Assembly (NCBI GenBank): GCA_027011045.1 | Contig: JALVAT010000014.1 | Location: 519 to 32,518 of the forward strand | Length of the DNA: 32,000 nucleotides | Direction: 5' to 3' | Source of the DNA: Candidatus Micrarchaeota archaeon | GTDB taxonomy: Archaea > Iainarchaeota > Iainarchaeia > JAADDC01 | Part shown: piece by piece, positions 7,136 to 14,621 of the stretch | How the letters are laid out: every line of letters begins with the position of its first letter | Numbering within the stretch: position 1 is the first letter of the stretch | The notes under the pieces: generated by a model | The model's database searches: none | Told to the model about the DNA's origin: nothing | What the model saw: the letters and a program-made list of their open reading frames with translations, nothing else | Made by a program: the position numbers and the translations under genes

Positions 7136-8857
7136 ATGTTCCTTCGAAGGGAGCACATCGAAATGTTGAGGGCCGTATCCGGGGGGAGCGGCGAGGCTGC
7201 CCTTGCAACGAGGGGCATCCGTTCCCGTGAACACGTTCTCGAGCTCCTCGCCGACGGCCTCCTTCAGTTCAAGCAGGGCAAAATCGAGCTGACGGAAGCG
7301 GGCAAGATTCTGCTTGACGCCTTTGCAGGGGCCGATCTATCCAAGTATCCCGACGTCATTGCCAACTCCGCGGTGATAGAGGCCCTTGAGCTCCATGAGA
7401 AAACGGGTATGATTCCCGAGGAGTGGCAGCGGTTCCTTGAGCGCAGGAATCTCTGGTCAGACGGCCCTACTGACGTTGCAAAGGCTATTCTCCGTGCATA
7501 TGAGGCTGCGCAGCCAGCACTCATTCTCACCAATGACATTGTTTCCTTCCTATTCTCCGTTCCGCGAGTGGGCCTCTACGATGATCTCGTGGACTTTGTG
7601 GACCTCGGCGGGTATTCCAAGGAGACAGTGGCGCTTCTCCAGGCCATGCGCCTCCTCAAGATCTCCCCGCCCACGGACGGTGCGTCCACGTACGTGATAA
7701 CCCCCGCTGCAAAGATACTGCTTGCAACCATGAGCGCGTTCCCCAAGGTTTACATGCAGCTTTACGTTGGTGCCGAGGAGGCAGGGGCCCTCGAAAAGGG
7801 CATTGAGCTGGCATCCCTCGTGTCCTCCGGGCTGCAGTCCGCAGGGGGCAGCATAACTGAGTACGGCCGCCAGATCCTTGCTATCTATCGCGCCCTGCGC
7901 GAGCGCCACGCTCCAGTGCCGCCAATATTCCTCGACGAGGCGGAGCACGCTGTCCTCCGCGCCATAAAGGAGATCCTGCGCATAAACAAGGATACTCCAG
8001 CCATCGTTCCAGAGTATTCTGAGATCCGCAGGCGCCTTGAGAAGATGGGTACGCCCGTGGAGCACCTTGGTGAAGTGCTTGCTCACCTTGAGTCCAAGGG
8101 CTTCGTGGAGCGCCGCGAGGAGAAGGGGAAGATCATTTACCAGCTCACAGAGTACGGTAGCAGGGCTGTGGGCTTTGGGCCGGTGAGCGTCAACGCGATG
8201 AAGGCAATTGCGTACGCCCTTGCAGGAGAGCTGCCTCTGCCCGCGTGGGTTCGCGAGGCAAGGGAATTCGGCGTTCTCGCCACGGGGATTACCGATAAGG
8301 GTGAGTTCTACGCAGAGGTAGCTAAGCACCGCACGTTCCTGCCTTTCCTCACGGGATACGACGCTGCAGTACTCCTGGCGGTCCCGCGCAAGAAGTACGT
8401 TTCCATTGACTTCGTGTATCAGCGTGTCCTTGAGCTCACAGAGGAGCCAGGAATTGAGAACTTCGAAAACGTCCTTGGGTTCTCCGAGTCCAAGGATCTC
8501 ATTCGCGTGCTGCCCAACGGAGCGGTAACCCTGACGGAGCGCGGCGACGCCGTGAAGTCCGCTGTGGAGAGCGCCAAGACGCGCGAGCTCACCCACGTCC
8601 GCGTTGCAGTGACCCCCCTCGCGTTGAGCATCTTGCGCCGCATTGTGGAGCAGTCCGAAGAGGTTACGAAGATCTGGAAGAAGGCGTACGATAAGAAGAA
8701 GGACTTCTATGAAGAGCTCGCCAAGTGGCTTGCCAAGAGCGTCAGGGCCCCAGTTGAGGACGTCATAAAGGAGCTCAAGCTGCTGCACAAGCTCGGATTC
8801 ATAGGGGAGAAGTCCGCCACGGACGCAGGAAAGCAGTTGGTGGCAGCCTACGCCTAA
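7136..8857 (+). CDS. hypothetical 573-aa protein composed of multiple degenerate winged-helix-like modules
   Basis: ATG lies 5 nt downstream of GGAGGTG (7124-7130), with an AT-rich box at 7094-7101. A recurring module ends in (L/I)T-x-x-G-x3-(L/V). Examples are HVLELLADGLLQFKQGKIELTEAGKILLDAF, HLGEVLAHLESKGFVERREEKGKIIYQLTEYGSRAV, SKDLIRVLPNGAVTLTERGDAVKSAV and VIKELKLLHKLGFIGEKSATDAGKQLVAAY. Confidence 0.8.
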   Translation: MFLRREHIEMLRAVSGGSGEAALATRGIRSREHVLELLADGLLQFKQGKIELTEAGKILLDAFAGADLSKYPDVIANSAVIEALELHEKTGMIPEEWQRFLERRNLWSDGPTDVAKAILRAYEAAQPALILTNDIVSFLFSVPRVGLYDDLVDFVDLGGYSKETVALLQAMRLLKISPPTDGASTYVITPAAKILLATMSAFPKVYMQLYVGAEEAGALEKGIELASLVSSGLQSAGGSITEYGRQILAIYRALRERHAPVPPIFLDEAEHAVLRAIKEILRINKDTPAIVPEYSEIRRRLEKMGTPVEHLGEVLAHLESKGFVERREEKGKIIYQLTEYGSRAVGFGPVSVNAMKAIAYALAGELPLPAWVREAREFGVLATGITDKGEFYAEVAKHRTFLPFLTGYDAAVLLAVPRKKYVSIDFVYQRVLELTEEPGIENFENVLGFSESKDLIRVLPNGAVTLTERGDAVKSAVESAKTRELTHVRVAVTPLALSILRRIVEQSEEVTKIWKKAYDKKKDFYEELAKWLAKSVRAPVEDVIKELKLLHKLGFIGEKSATDAGKQLVAAYA

Positions 8858-8881
8858 AAACACCCTCCCTCATTTTTTACC

Positions 8882-9322
8882 GTGAGGGGTGTTAGCGCAG
8901 TAGTCCTAGTGAGCATTCTTTTGATCTTTCTTACCGTTAGTGCTGTCGTGATGTTCTACTACGGCTCTTCCCTTGCTCTGATGCGATCACAGCAGACGGC
9001 AAACGAGGCCCTGACAGTCCAGCAAGTTTCGGGCTATGTGCGGCTTGTGTCTGCCTGGGGCGAATACAACGCAGGTAGCGGCACATCGACCATCACGATG
9101 GTCTTTTCCGTCCCTGACGACTACAACAGCGGTGTTTCATACGTCGTCCAGAGTCTCGACGGTGTTACGCTCCTTGTGGGAACGGTTCCGCCGGGGAGTT
9201 GTTCGCACCCTGTGTGTACGGTAACCGTATCCGCGCGCATTCCGAGGGGTACATATTACCTGGAGATCCCTGTACCAGCTCCCTCGCTTCAGCCCCAGAG
9301 AGTTTTCCTTTACGTGCGGTAG
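8882..9322 (+). CDS. putative archaeal type IV pilin-like / class III signal-peptide protein, 146 aa
   Basis: The N-terminus MRG|VSAVVLVSILLIFLTVSAVVMFYY has a short basic leader ending in G, followed by a hydrophobic helix of more than 20 aa, as in archaellin/pilin N-terminal domains. The remainder is Ser/Thr/Val-rich and beta-like. The GTG start and lack of a clear RBS lower confidence. Confidence 0.6.
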   Translation: MRGVSAVVLVSILLIFLTVSAVVMFYYGSSLALMRSQQTANEALTVQQVSGYVRLVSAWGEYNAGSGTSTITMVFSVPDDYNSGVSYVVQSLDGVTLLVGTVPPGSCSHPVCTVTVSARIPRGTYYLEIPVPAPSLQPQRVFLYVR

Positions 9323-9418
9323 GAGAGGCGAGATTCGCGAAGGGACAATGCCACAACATTTATAAACCATCGTTGCGCCTTTCTTAACGTAACGCATTTT
9401 TGATCAGGAGGTGTACCT

Positions 9419-9808
9419 GTGGCAATTTGGCACGGAAAGAGCAGGAGGAAGTACACTGGAGGTCTTCGCCGTAGCCTTCGCGCTCGTGGCAAGCGTAAGT
9501 ACGAGATGGGCAGGCTCACGGTCCTCACTATCCTCGGTGATTCCGAAAAGAGGAAGGTTGTTCGTGTTCGCGGCGGAAACACGAAGGTTCGCCTCAAGAG
9601 TGCAGCCTATGCCAACGTGGCTGATCCAAAGACCGGTTCCGTCAAGAAGGTGAAGATCCTTTCCCTCGTGGGGAACAAGGCACACAGGCACTTTATCCGG
9701 GCCGGTATCATCACAAAGGGCGCAGTCATCGAGACTGAGCTCGGAAAGGCACGTGTTACCTCCAGACCAAACCAGGATGGCGTTGTAAACGCAGTTTTGA
9801 TCGAGTAG
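9419..9808 (+). CDS. rps8e: 30S ribosomal protein S8e (eS8)
   Basis: [15 protein letters not shown]...KRKYEMGR is the characteristic eS8 N-terminus. GTG 9419 lies 5 nt downstream of GGAGGTG (9407-9413), and a TATA-like ATTTATAAA sits at about 9358-9366. Confidence 0.9.
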   Translation: MAIWHGKSRRKYTGGLRRSLRARGKRKYEMGRLTVLTILGDSEKRKVVRVRGGNTKVRLKSAAYANVADPKTGSVKKVKILSLVGNKAHRHFIRAGIITKGAVIETELGKARVTSRPNQDGVVNAVLIE

Positions 9809-9819
9809 GGGTGGCGCAC

Positions 9820-10065
9820 ATGGATATGATTCCAATTGCCACCCCCCTTCACCGTGTAGATAGATATATCGTTGCCAGGATGCTTTCGGTTGAAAAGGGG
9901 GTTCCTCGGATCGGGGCCAGGCTCCTTGACGCAGATGGGCGTCAGGTGGCCATCGTCACGGACGTCTTCGGCCCCGTGACGAAGCCGTACCTTGCCCTTC
10001 GGGGCCGATGGGTGGATAAGTACTTCGTGCGCCCGAGGGACCTCCTGAAAAACGTGGGGAGGTAG
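9820..10065 (+). CDS. gar1: H/ACA RNP protein Gar1
   Basis: VAIVTDVFGPVTKPYLAL matches the conserved Gar1 core (V.DVFGPV..PY). The protein is small and barrel-sized, and sits directly upstream of tfb. ATG 9820 follows GGGGTGG, and track GTG 9811 lies inside that SD. Confidence 0.8.
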   Translation: MDMIPIATPLHRVDRYIVARMLSVEKGVPRIGARLLDADGRQVAIVTDVFGPVTKPYLALRGRWVDKYFVRPRDLLKNVGR

Positions 10066-10070
10066 ATACC

Positions 10071-10982
10071 TTGGGCGAGAAGCTCGTTTGCCCTGAGTGT
10101 GGGTCCAAGAGGATCGTCTTCGACCGTGCCCGTGGTGAGTGGGTGTGTCGGGACTGCGGTTACGTTTTCGACGAGCCTGCAGTGGACTCTGGTCCCGAGT
10201 GGAGAGCCTTCGACTCTGAGCAGATGGAGGCGAGGGCACGCACCGGCGCACCCATGAAGGAAACGAAGATCGGAAAGGGCCTTACAACGATAATCGATAT
10301 GCACAACCGCGATACACGTGGCTCTCAGCTCGCGCAGTCTACAAAGGCACAGATGTTCCGCCTTCGCAAATGGCACAAGAGGACCACAGTCTCTTCGTCC
10401 ATGGAGAGAAACCTCTCGGTCGCGTTGACCGAGATTCGCCGTATCGGCAGCTACCTGAACCTTCCAGAGGGCATAATAGAGGAAGCAGCAGCTCTCTACA
10501 GGAAGGCAGTGGAGAAGGGGCTTATTCGCGGCAGACTCATTGAGGCTGTGGTCGCCGCTGTGATCTACGCGGTGTGCCGCATCTACGGCATCCCCAGGAC
10601 GCTCGACGAGATTGCAGAGGCTTCCGGCCTGTCCAAGAAGGACATCGGCAGGACGTACAGGTTCATAGTGAACGAGCTGGGCATAAAGGTGCCCCTCACG
10701 AATCCCGTCTATTACGTGCCCAAGTTTGCCAGCGCCCTCGGCCTGTCTGGAGAGGTGCAGGAGGAGGCCATCCGCATTCTCCAGAAGGCAATTGAGAAGG
10801 GGCTCCTGTCCGGTAGGGGGCCCACCGGCGTTGCCGCTGCTGCAGTCTACATTGCAGCCCTGCTCAAGGGCGAGCGCAGGACACAGAAGGAGGTTGCAGA
10901 GGTCGCCGGCGTTACAGAGGTTACCATTCGCAACCGCTACCGCGAGCTCAAGAAGGAGCTGAACATCCCGGTGAACGCATAA
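10071..10982 (+). CDS. tfb: transcription initiation factor IIB (TFB)
   Basis: The N-terminal Zn-ribbon is CPECG-x14-CRDCG. It is followed by GPEWRAF, the B-linker, and two cyclin-fold repeats (...LIRGR..EAVVAAVIYAVCR... and ...LLSGRGPTGVAAAAVYIA...), then an HTH (TQKEVAEVAGVTEVTIRNRYREL). The TTG start lies 7 nt downstream of GGAGGT (10058-10063). Confidence 0.95.
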   Translation: MGEKLVCPECGSKRIVFDRARGEWVCRDCGYVFDEPAVDSGPEWRAFDSEQMEARARTGAPMKETKIGKGLTTIIDMHNRDTRGSQLAQSTKAQMFRLRKWHKRTTVSSSMERNLSVALTEIRRIGSYLNLPEGIIEEAAALYRKAVEKGLIRGRLIEAVVAAVIYAVCRIYGIPRTLDEIAEASGLSKKDIGRTYRFIVNELGIKVPLTNPVYYVPKFASALGLSGEVQEEAIRILQKAIEKGLLSGRGPTGVAAAAVYIAALLKGERRTQKEVAEVAGVTEVTIRNRYRELKKELNIPVNA

Positions 10983-10987
10983 CTCCT

Positions 10988-11323
10988 TTATTCTTCCATT
11001 ATTACCTCTTCGAAAACAAGGCCGTTCCCCTTTCTAAGGGGCTTAAAGACAATTACGTGACCCTTTCCGACCTTTTTTATGTATAGCTTACCCTCCAGGC
11101 CTGCCGGCTCCAGCTCAACCTCATCGGCAAAGTCCAGGCTCCTTATTGTGGAAAGGCCCGTGCGAACCACGAGATTTGCAATGTCTGGCTCCACACTGCC
11201 ACGCAGCGGTGAGACAACCTCATTTCCAATTACTGCATAGACGTAAGGGGTGTTCATTGCTGTTTTGAGGCGTTCCAGGTATTCGTATATGTTTTCGCTA
11301 GGGCTCGGGTGTGGCACGGGCAC
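10988..11323 (-). CDS. hypothetical protein, 111 aa
   Basis: GTG 11323 lies about 27 nt downstream of a minus-strand TATTTATTT box (about 11345-11355). Composition looks coding. I recognise no motif confidently. A Roadblock/LC7-like fold was considered but is not supported by eye. Confidence 0.55.
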   Translation of the reverse strand: MPVPHPSPSENIYEYLERLKTAMNTPYVYAVIGNEVVSPLRGSVEPDIANLVVRTGLSTIRSLDFADEVELEPAGLEGKLYIKKVGKGHVIVFKPLRKGNGLVFEEVIMEE

Positions 11324-11360
11324 GTAAAAATAGGGGAAAGCTGAAATAAATAGGATCTTG

Positions 11361-12068
11361 TCAGGGCTTTACCGTGATGTGCACCGCCTTTCTTCCCTTT
11401 CCCTTGTTCTCCTTCTTTAGGAACACAATCTTCCCAACTTCGCCCGTTCTGGCCACGTGGACGCCGCCATCTGCCTGTATGTCCACTCCGGGGATCTCTA
11501 CGATTCTCCAGCGCTCTATGCTTGGGGGCATCTTCGCCGCAAGCTTCACGATGCCCGGTATCTTGAGCGCTTCCTCCCGGGGCAGCCAGTAGACTTTAAC
11601 GGGGAGATCCTTCTTGACAACCTCGTTTGCTCGTTGGAGAACCTCGTCAATCATTTCTGGCGTGAGTTGATCCACAGTGTACTGGATACGCGCCTTTTCG
11701 GCGTTTATGTGTCCACCGCTGACCTCTGCTCCGTAGAGCTCATACATAAAGGCGGAGAAGATGTGTACCGCGGTGTGGAGGCGCATCTGCCGGTATCTAT
11801 TCTCCCAGTCAAGAACACCATGAACCCTTTCGCCCTCTGCGGGCAGATCCCCCTCGATGATGTGAACGATCTCGCCGTCGACCACACGCACCGAGGAAAC
11901 GGGGTACTCCTCTCCGTTGGCGATCAGAACCCCTCGGTCGCCCTCAAGGCCCGACTTTCGCGGGAAAAATGCAGTCTGGTCCAGGATGACGCCGTTATCG
12001 ACCCGCCGAACCACCGTTGCGTCAAACTCCTTAAGGTACTGATCCTCTAAATACAGCTCCTTGGTCAT
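11361..12068 (-). CDS. alaX: AlaX-type alanyl-tRNA editing protein (tRNA synthetase second additional domain), 235 aa
   Basis: The N-terminus MTKELYLEDQYLKEFDATVV, the HxxxH motif (LHTAVH) and the GGVHV...TGEVG motif are as in AlaX-M / AlaRS editing domains. ATG 12068 is preceded by AGGTGGTGG. The extra 112 N-terminal codons of the track ORF are rejected. Confidence 0.85.
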   Translation of the reverse strand: MTKELYLEDQYLKEFDATVVRRVDNGVILDQTAFFPRKSGLEGDRGVLIANGEEYPVSSVRVVDGEIVHIIEGDLPAEGERVHGVLDWENRYRQMRLHTAVHIFSAFMYELYGAEVSGGHINAEKARIQYTVDQLTPEMIDEVLQRANEVVKKDLPVKVYWLPREEALKIPGIVKLAAKMPPSIERWRIVEIPGVDIQADGGVHVARTGEVGKIVFLKKENKGKGRKAVHITVKP

Positions 12069-12079
12069 TTTTCCACCAC

Positions 12080-12244
12080 CTAAATGCCCAGCAGCTTCAG
12101 GAGAACGTAGCCCGCGAAGATACCCACGATCCCCAAGATGCCAGCGAGATCCTGGGGTGCCGGGATGGGGAGCTTGAGCAACCGAAAGACTACGCCCACG
12201 ACGAAGCCCGTAAAAAACGAGAGTGCAAGCTGTTGGTAACTCAT
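12080..12244 (-). CDS. small membrane protein, XapX/DUF1427-like, 54 aa (not in the ORF track)
   Basis: My own translation is MSYQQLALSFFTGFVVGVVFRLLKLPIPAPQDLAGILGIVGIFAGYVLLKLLGI. It has two hydrophobic helices around a central P-x-P-A-P, which matches the pattern I recall for XapX-domain proteins. It fills the gap between two co-directional genes. Confidence 0.55.
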   Translation of the reverse strand: MSYQQLALSFFTGFVVGVVFRLLKLPIPAPQDLAGILGIVGIFAGYVLLKLLGI

Positions 12245-12274
12245 GGAGAAAATGATAGTAGAAGATTAGAAAAA

Positions 12275-12670
12275 TCACACGTTGACCTTGTACTTCTTCT
12301 TCTCGGGGTCGAACTCCAGAAGCCCCGTTTTCTTGAGCTGCTCCTTGAAGCTTTCCCAGTCGATGCCCATCTCCTCTGCCTCTTCCTTTAGGTGCTTTGG
12401 CCAAACGTAGACGCCCTCTGCGGTGATCTCTCCCTTCTCAGCGATCACGGCGTTGATGAGTGCGCGGGTCTTGTCTACGTTCTTGAGCTCGTTCTGAAGC
12501 TCCTGGATGATCTCTTCGAGCCCGCGGAGGATGCCGTAGATTGCCTCATACTCGTCGTGGGCGTTCCTGTCGAAGTGAATATCATACTTGTTCTTGAGCT
12601 TGAGCGCGTACTTGAGCAGGGCCCTTTTCGCGCGAACCCCCCTCTCCCCAGGAAGCACAACGGTGACCAT
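12275..12670 (-). CDS. hypothetical protein, 131 aa (first gene of the alaX unit)
   Basis: ATG 12670 is preceded by TGGTGGT, with a TATA-like GTTTAAATAC on the minus strand at about 12703-12712. The sequence is charged and helical (…EIIQELQNELKNVDKTRALINAV…). I recognise no family. Confidence 0.65.
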   Translation of the reverse strand: MVTVVLPGERGVRAKRALLKYALKLKNKYDIHFDRNAHDEYEAIYGILRGLEEIIQELQNELKNVDKTRALINAVIAEKGEITAEGVYVWPKHLKEEAEEMGIDWESFKEQLKKTGLLEFDPEKKKYKVNV

Positions 12671-12858
12671 TTTTACCACCAATTAGTAGTAAGCCATAGA
12701 ATGTATTTAAACGGGGCGGTTCACAATTCGAGCTTCGTAATATCGTGGAAAAATCTTAACGCATCATGCCGATTACGTAGCATTTTTTAACCAGCGCCTC
12801 CGCGGACATCGTCATGGGAGGGTAACCCAATATAACCCCTGCGCCACAAAGCACTACG

Positions 12859-13731
12859 ATGGGCATTCCCATAGTGCTGGACGGTGGTGCTGACGTCCCC
12901 CGTGGCGAAGAGTCCCTCATTCGAGTACCTCTTAACCTTGAAATTGCGGGGGAGCACTACGAGTACCCGGGCATCCCGAAGGAGCGGGTAATCGGCACCA
13001 TTCTGAAGAATCCCCCAGGATCCGTGAAGACGAGTCAGCCGTCTCCAAAGCAGATTATGTCGGCGATACAGGAGGTTTCCGAAGAATCGGGTTCCAGCGA
13101 GGTTCTTTACATCACCCTTTCCTCTGGTGTTTCCGGTACGTACAACGTAGCCCGTGTCGTCGCCAGGATGCTTGAAAAGAAGGGCATCACCCTCCACGTC
13201 TTTGATTCCAAGAGCGTGTCCGGTGGCATCTATCTCTTGGCGCGGCAGGCAATGGCGCTTTCAGAGTCCCGGGCGACTGCCCCAGAAATCATTTCAGCCC
13301 TGGAGCGACTGAGGGATCGCGTGCGCGTGTACTTCACCGTTCCATCTCTAAACTATCTCGTGGCCGGTGGCAGGATCGACCCCTTCCGCGCGATGGTGGC
13401 AAAGGTCTTTGGAATCCTGCCAATCATACACGTGGACGGTGACGGGAGGCTAGCCCTCTTCGCCACCGCGAAACGAAAGAAGGTCTTCTCCGAGCTGGCG
13501 GATGTGATTGCGAGGGAATCCGCCGAGGGTGAACCGGTATTCGCAGCGTACACGCCCTGCGCTGAAGGCTACGATGAACTTTTCCTCGAACAGCTTCGTT
13601 TCAGGGATATAGAGCCTGTGTGGCACGAACTTCTTTCCCCCATACTCACGGCACACGCGGGGCCCTGCGTTGCAGGTGCTGGCTTCATAGCAGGCGAAGC
13701 GGATGGCGATGCGGATGGAAGTGGACGTTGA
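12859..13731 (+). CDS. DegV family (fatty-acid-binding, FakB-like) protein, paralog 1
   Basis: DegV landmarks are VLDGGADVP, TSQPSP, ITLSSGVSGTYN, HVFDSKSVSGG and NYLVAGGRI. AATATAAC (12829-12836) is centred about 26 nt upstream of the ATG. Confidence 0.85.
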   Translation: MGIPIVLDGGADVPRGEESLIRVPLNLEIAGEHYEYPGIPKERVIGTILKNPPGSVKTSQPSPKQIMSAIQEVSEESGSSEVLYITLSSGVSGTYNVARVVARMLEKKGITLHVFDSKSVSGGIYLLARQAMALSESRATAPEIISALERLRDRVRVYFTVPSLNYLVAGGRIDPFRAMVAKVFGILPIIHVDGDGRLALFATAKRKKVFSELADVIARESAEGEPVFAAYTPCAEGYDELFLEQLRFRDIEPVWHELLSPILTAHAGPCVAGAGFIAGEADGDADGSGR

Positions 13732-14614
13732 TGCACTCTTTAAGGCTGGGAAGATCCTCGAGGACGCACTGGAGCTCGCCTGGAAGCTCCTCGACCATGG
13801 GGAGCGCAGCGGTCTGAAGATTGCCGACGCTGTGGAGGCACACATTCTAGAGCACGCTAAGCCTGCCTTTCCCTGCAACGTTGGCCCCGACCGCCTCGCG
13901 GCGCACTTTGCACCCACAGATGATCGCCCCGGCAGCCTCGAGGGTGCACACCTTGTAAAGATCGACGCCGGCGTGCACGTTGATGGCTGGATTGCCGATG
14001 CTGCCTTTACGTATCCCTTTGACGAGGAGGGCGAACGTCTGGCCCTTGCCGCGAGGGAAGCCCTCCTTGCCGCCGCAGAGGTGATCCGGCCGGGTGCTTC
14101 CGTGGCCGATGTGGGCAAGGCGGTCTCCGAGGTGGCCAAGCGCCACGGTTTGAAACCCATTGTGAATCTGGGGGGTCACGAGATCAAGCAGTATGATCTT
14201 CACGCCGGGCTTTTCGTTCCCAACGTTCCCCAGGGAAAGGGCACCCTTGAGGAGGGCATGATTGTAGCCGTTGAGCCCTTCCTCAGCACGGGGCGGGGAC
14301 GCGTGGAGGATGGCTCCATCGCGACAATATTCTCCCTGATGCGGCCCCGTGCGAGGGGTGCTGCTCGCCAGCTGCTGGATTACATCCGCAGGGAGTACAG
14401 AAGCCTTCCCTTCGCCGAGAAGTGGGTTGTTCGTAGGTTTGGTAGCTCAGCGCGGCTACACCTGTATACTCTTGTGAAATCGGGGGCTGTGTATGCCTAT
14501 CCCGAGCTCTTGGAGGTTCCTGGGAGCCTTGTGGGTCAGTTCGAGACCACCTTCTATGTTGATCGGGACGGGGGACAGCCAGTGGTAGACACATTTAAAT
14601 TCCTGGCACCATAG
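13703..14614 (+). CDS. map: methionine aminopeptidase, type 2 (archaeal)
   Basis: Motifs are AGKI...AFPCNV..D...AHF.P, KIDAGVHVDGWIADAAFT, NLGGHEI, VAVEPF, LPFAEKW and QFETTF, collinear with archaeal MetAP-2. ATGs at 13703, 13709 and 13715 are all possible. The gene overlaps the DegV 3' end. Confidence 0.9.
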   Translation: MAMRMEVDVDALFKAGKILEDALELAWKLLDHGERSGLKIADAVEAHILEHAKPAFPCNVGPDRLAAHFAPTDDRPGSLEGAHLVKIDAGVHVDGWIADAAFTYPFDEEGERLALAAREALLAAAEVIRPGASVADVGKAVSEVAKRHGLKPIVNLGGHEIKQYDLHAGLFVPNVPQGKGTLEEGMIVAVEPFLSTGRGRVEDGSIATIFSLMRPRARGAARQLLDYIRREYRSLPFAEKWVVRRFGSSARLHLYTLVKSGAVYAYPELLEVPGSLVGQFETTFYVDRDGGQPVVDTFKFLAP

Positions 14615-14621
14615 TGGTAAC

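Noticed and set aside
7550-8863. 437-aa ORF antisense to the 573-aa gene
   Set aside because: It has no promoter or SD at its start. Its composition is Cys/His/Arg-rich and low-complexity, unlike every confident gene here. The sense ORF has a perfect GGAGGTG-ATG start. Long antisense ORFs are expected opposite GC-rich, codon-biased genes.
9607-10251. 214-aa ORF antisense to rps8e/gar1/tfb; similar cases at 516..1109, 25478..26119, 18152..18562 and 20105..20635
   Set aside because: All lie opposite motif-verified genes and are Arg/Pro/His-rich with no start signals.
10988-11323. Roadblock/LC7 (MglB-like) assignment for the 111-aa protein
   Set aside because: Only the size and a vague alpha-beta pattern fit. 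No diagnostic residues could be matched by eye, so it is left as hypothetical.
13450-14160. 236-aa Ala/Ser/Arg-rich ORF antisense to the degV/map junction
   Set aside because: It is a low-complexity shadow of two confidently identified genes.
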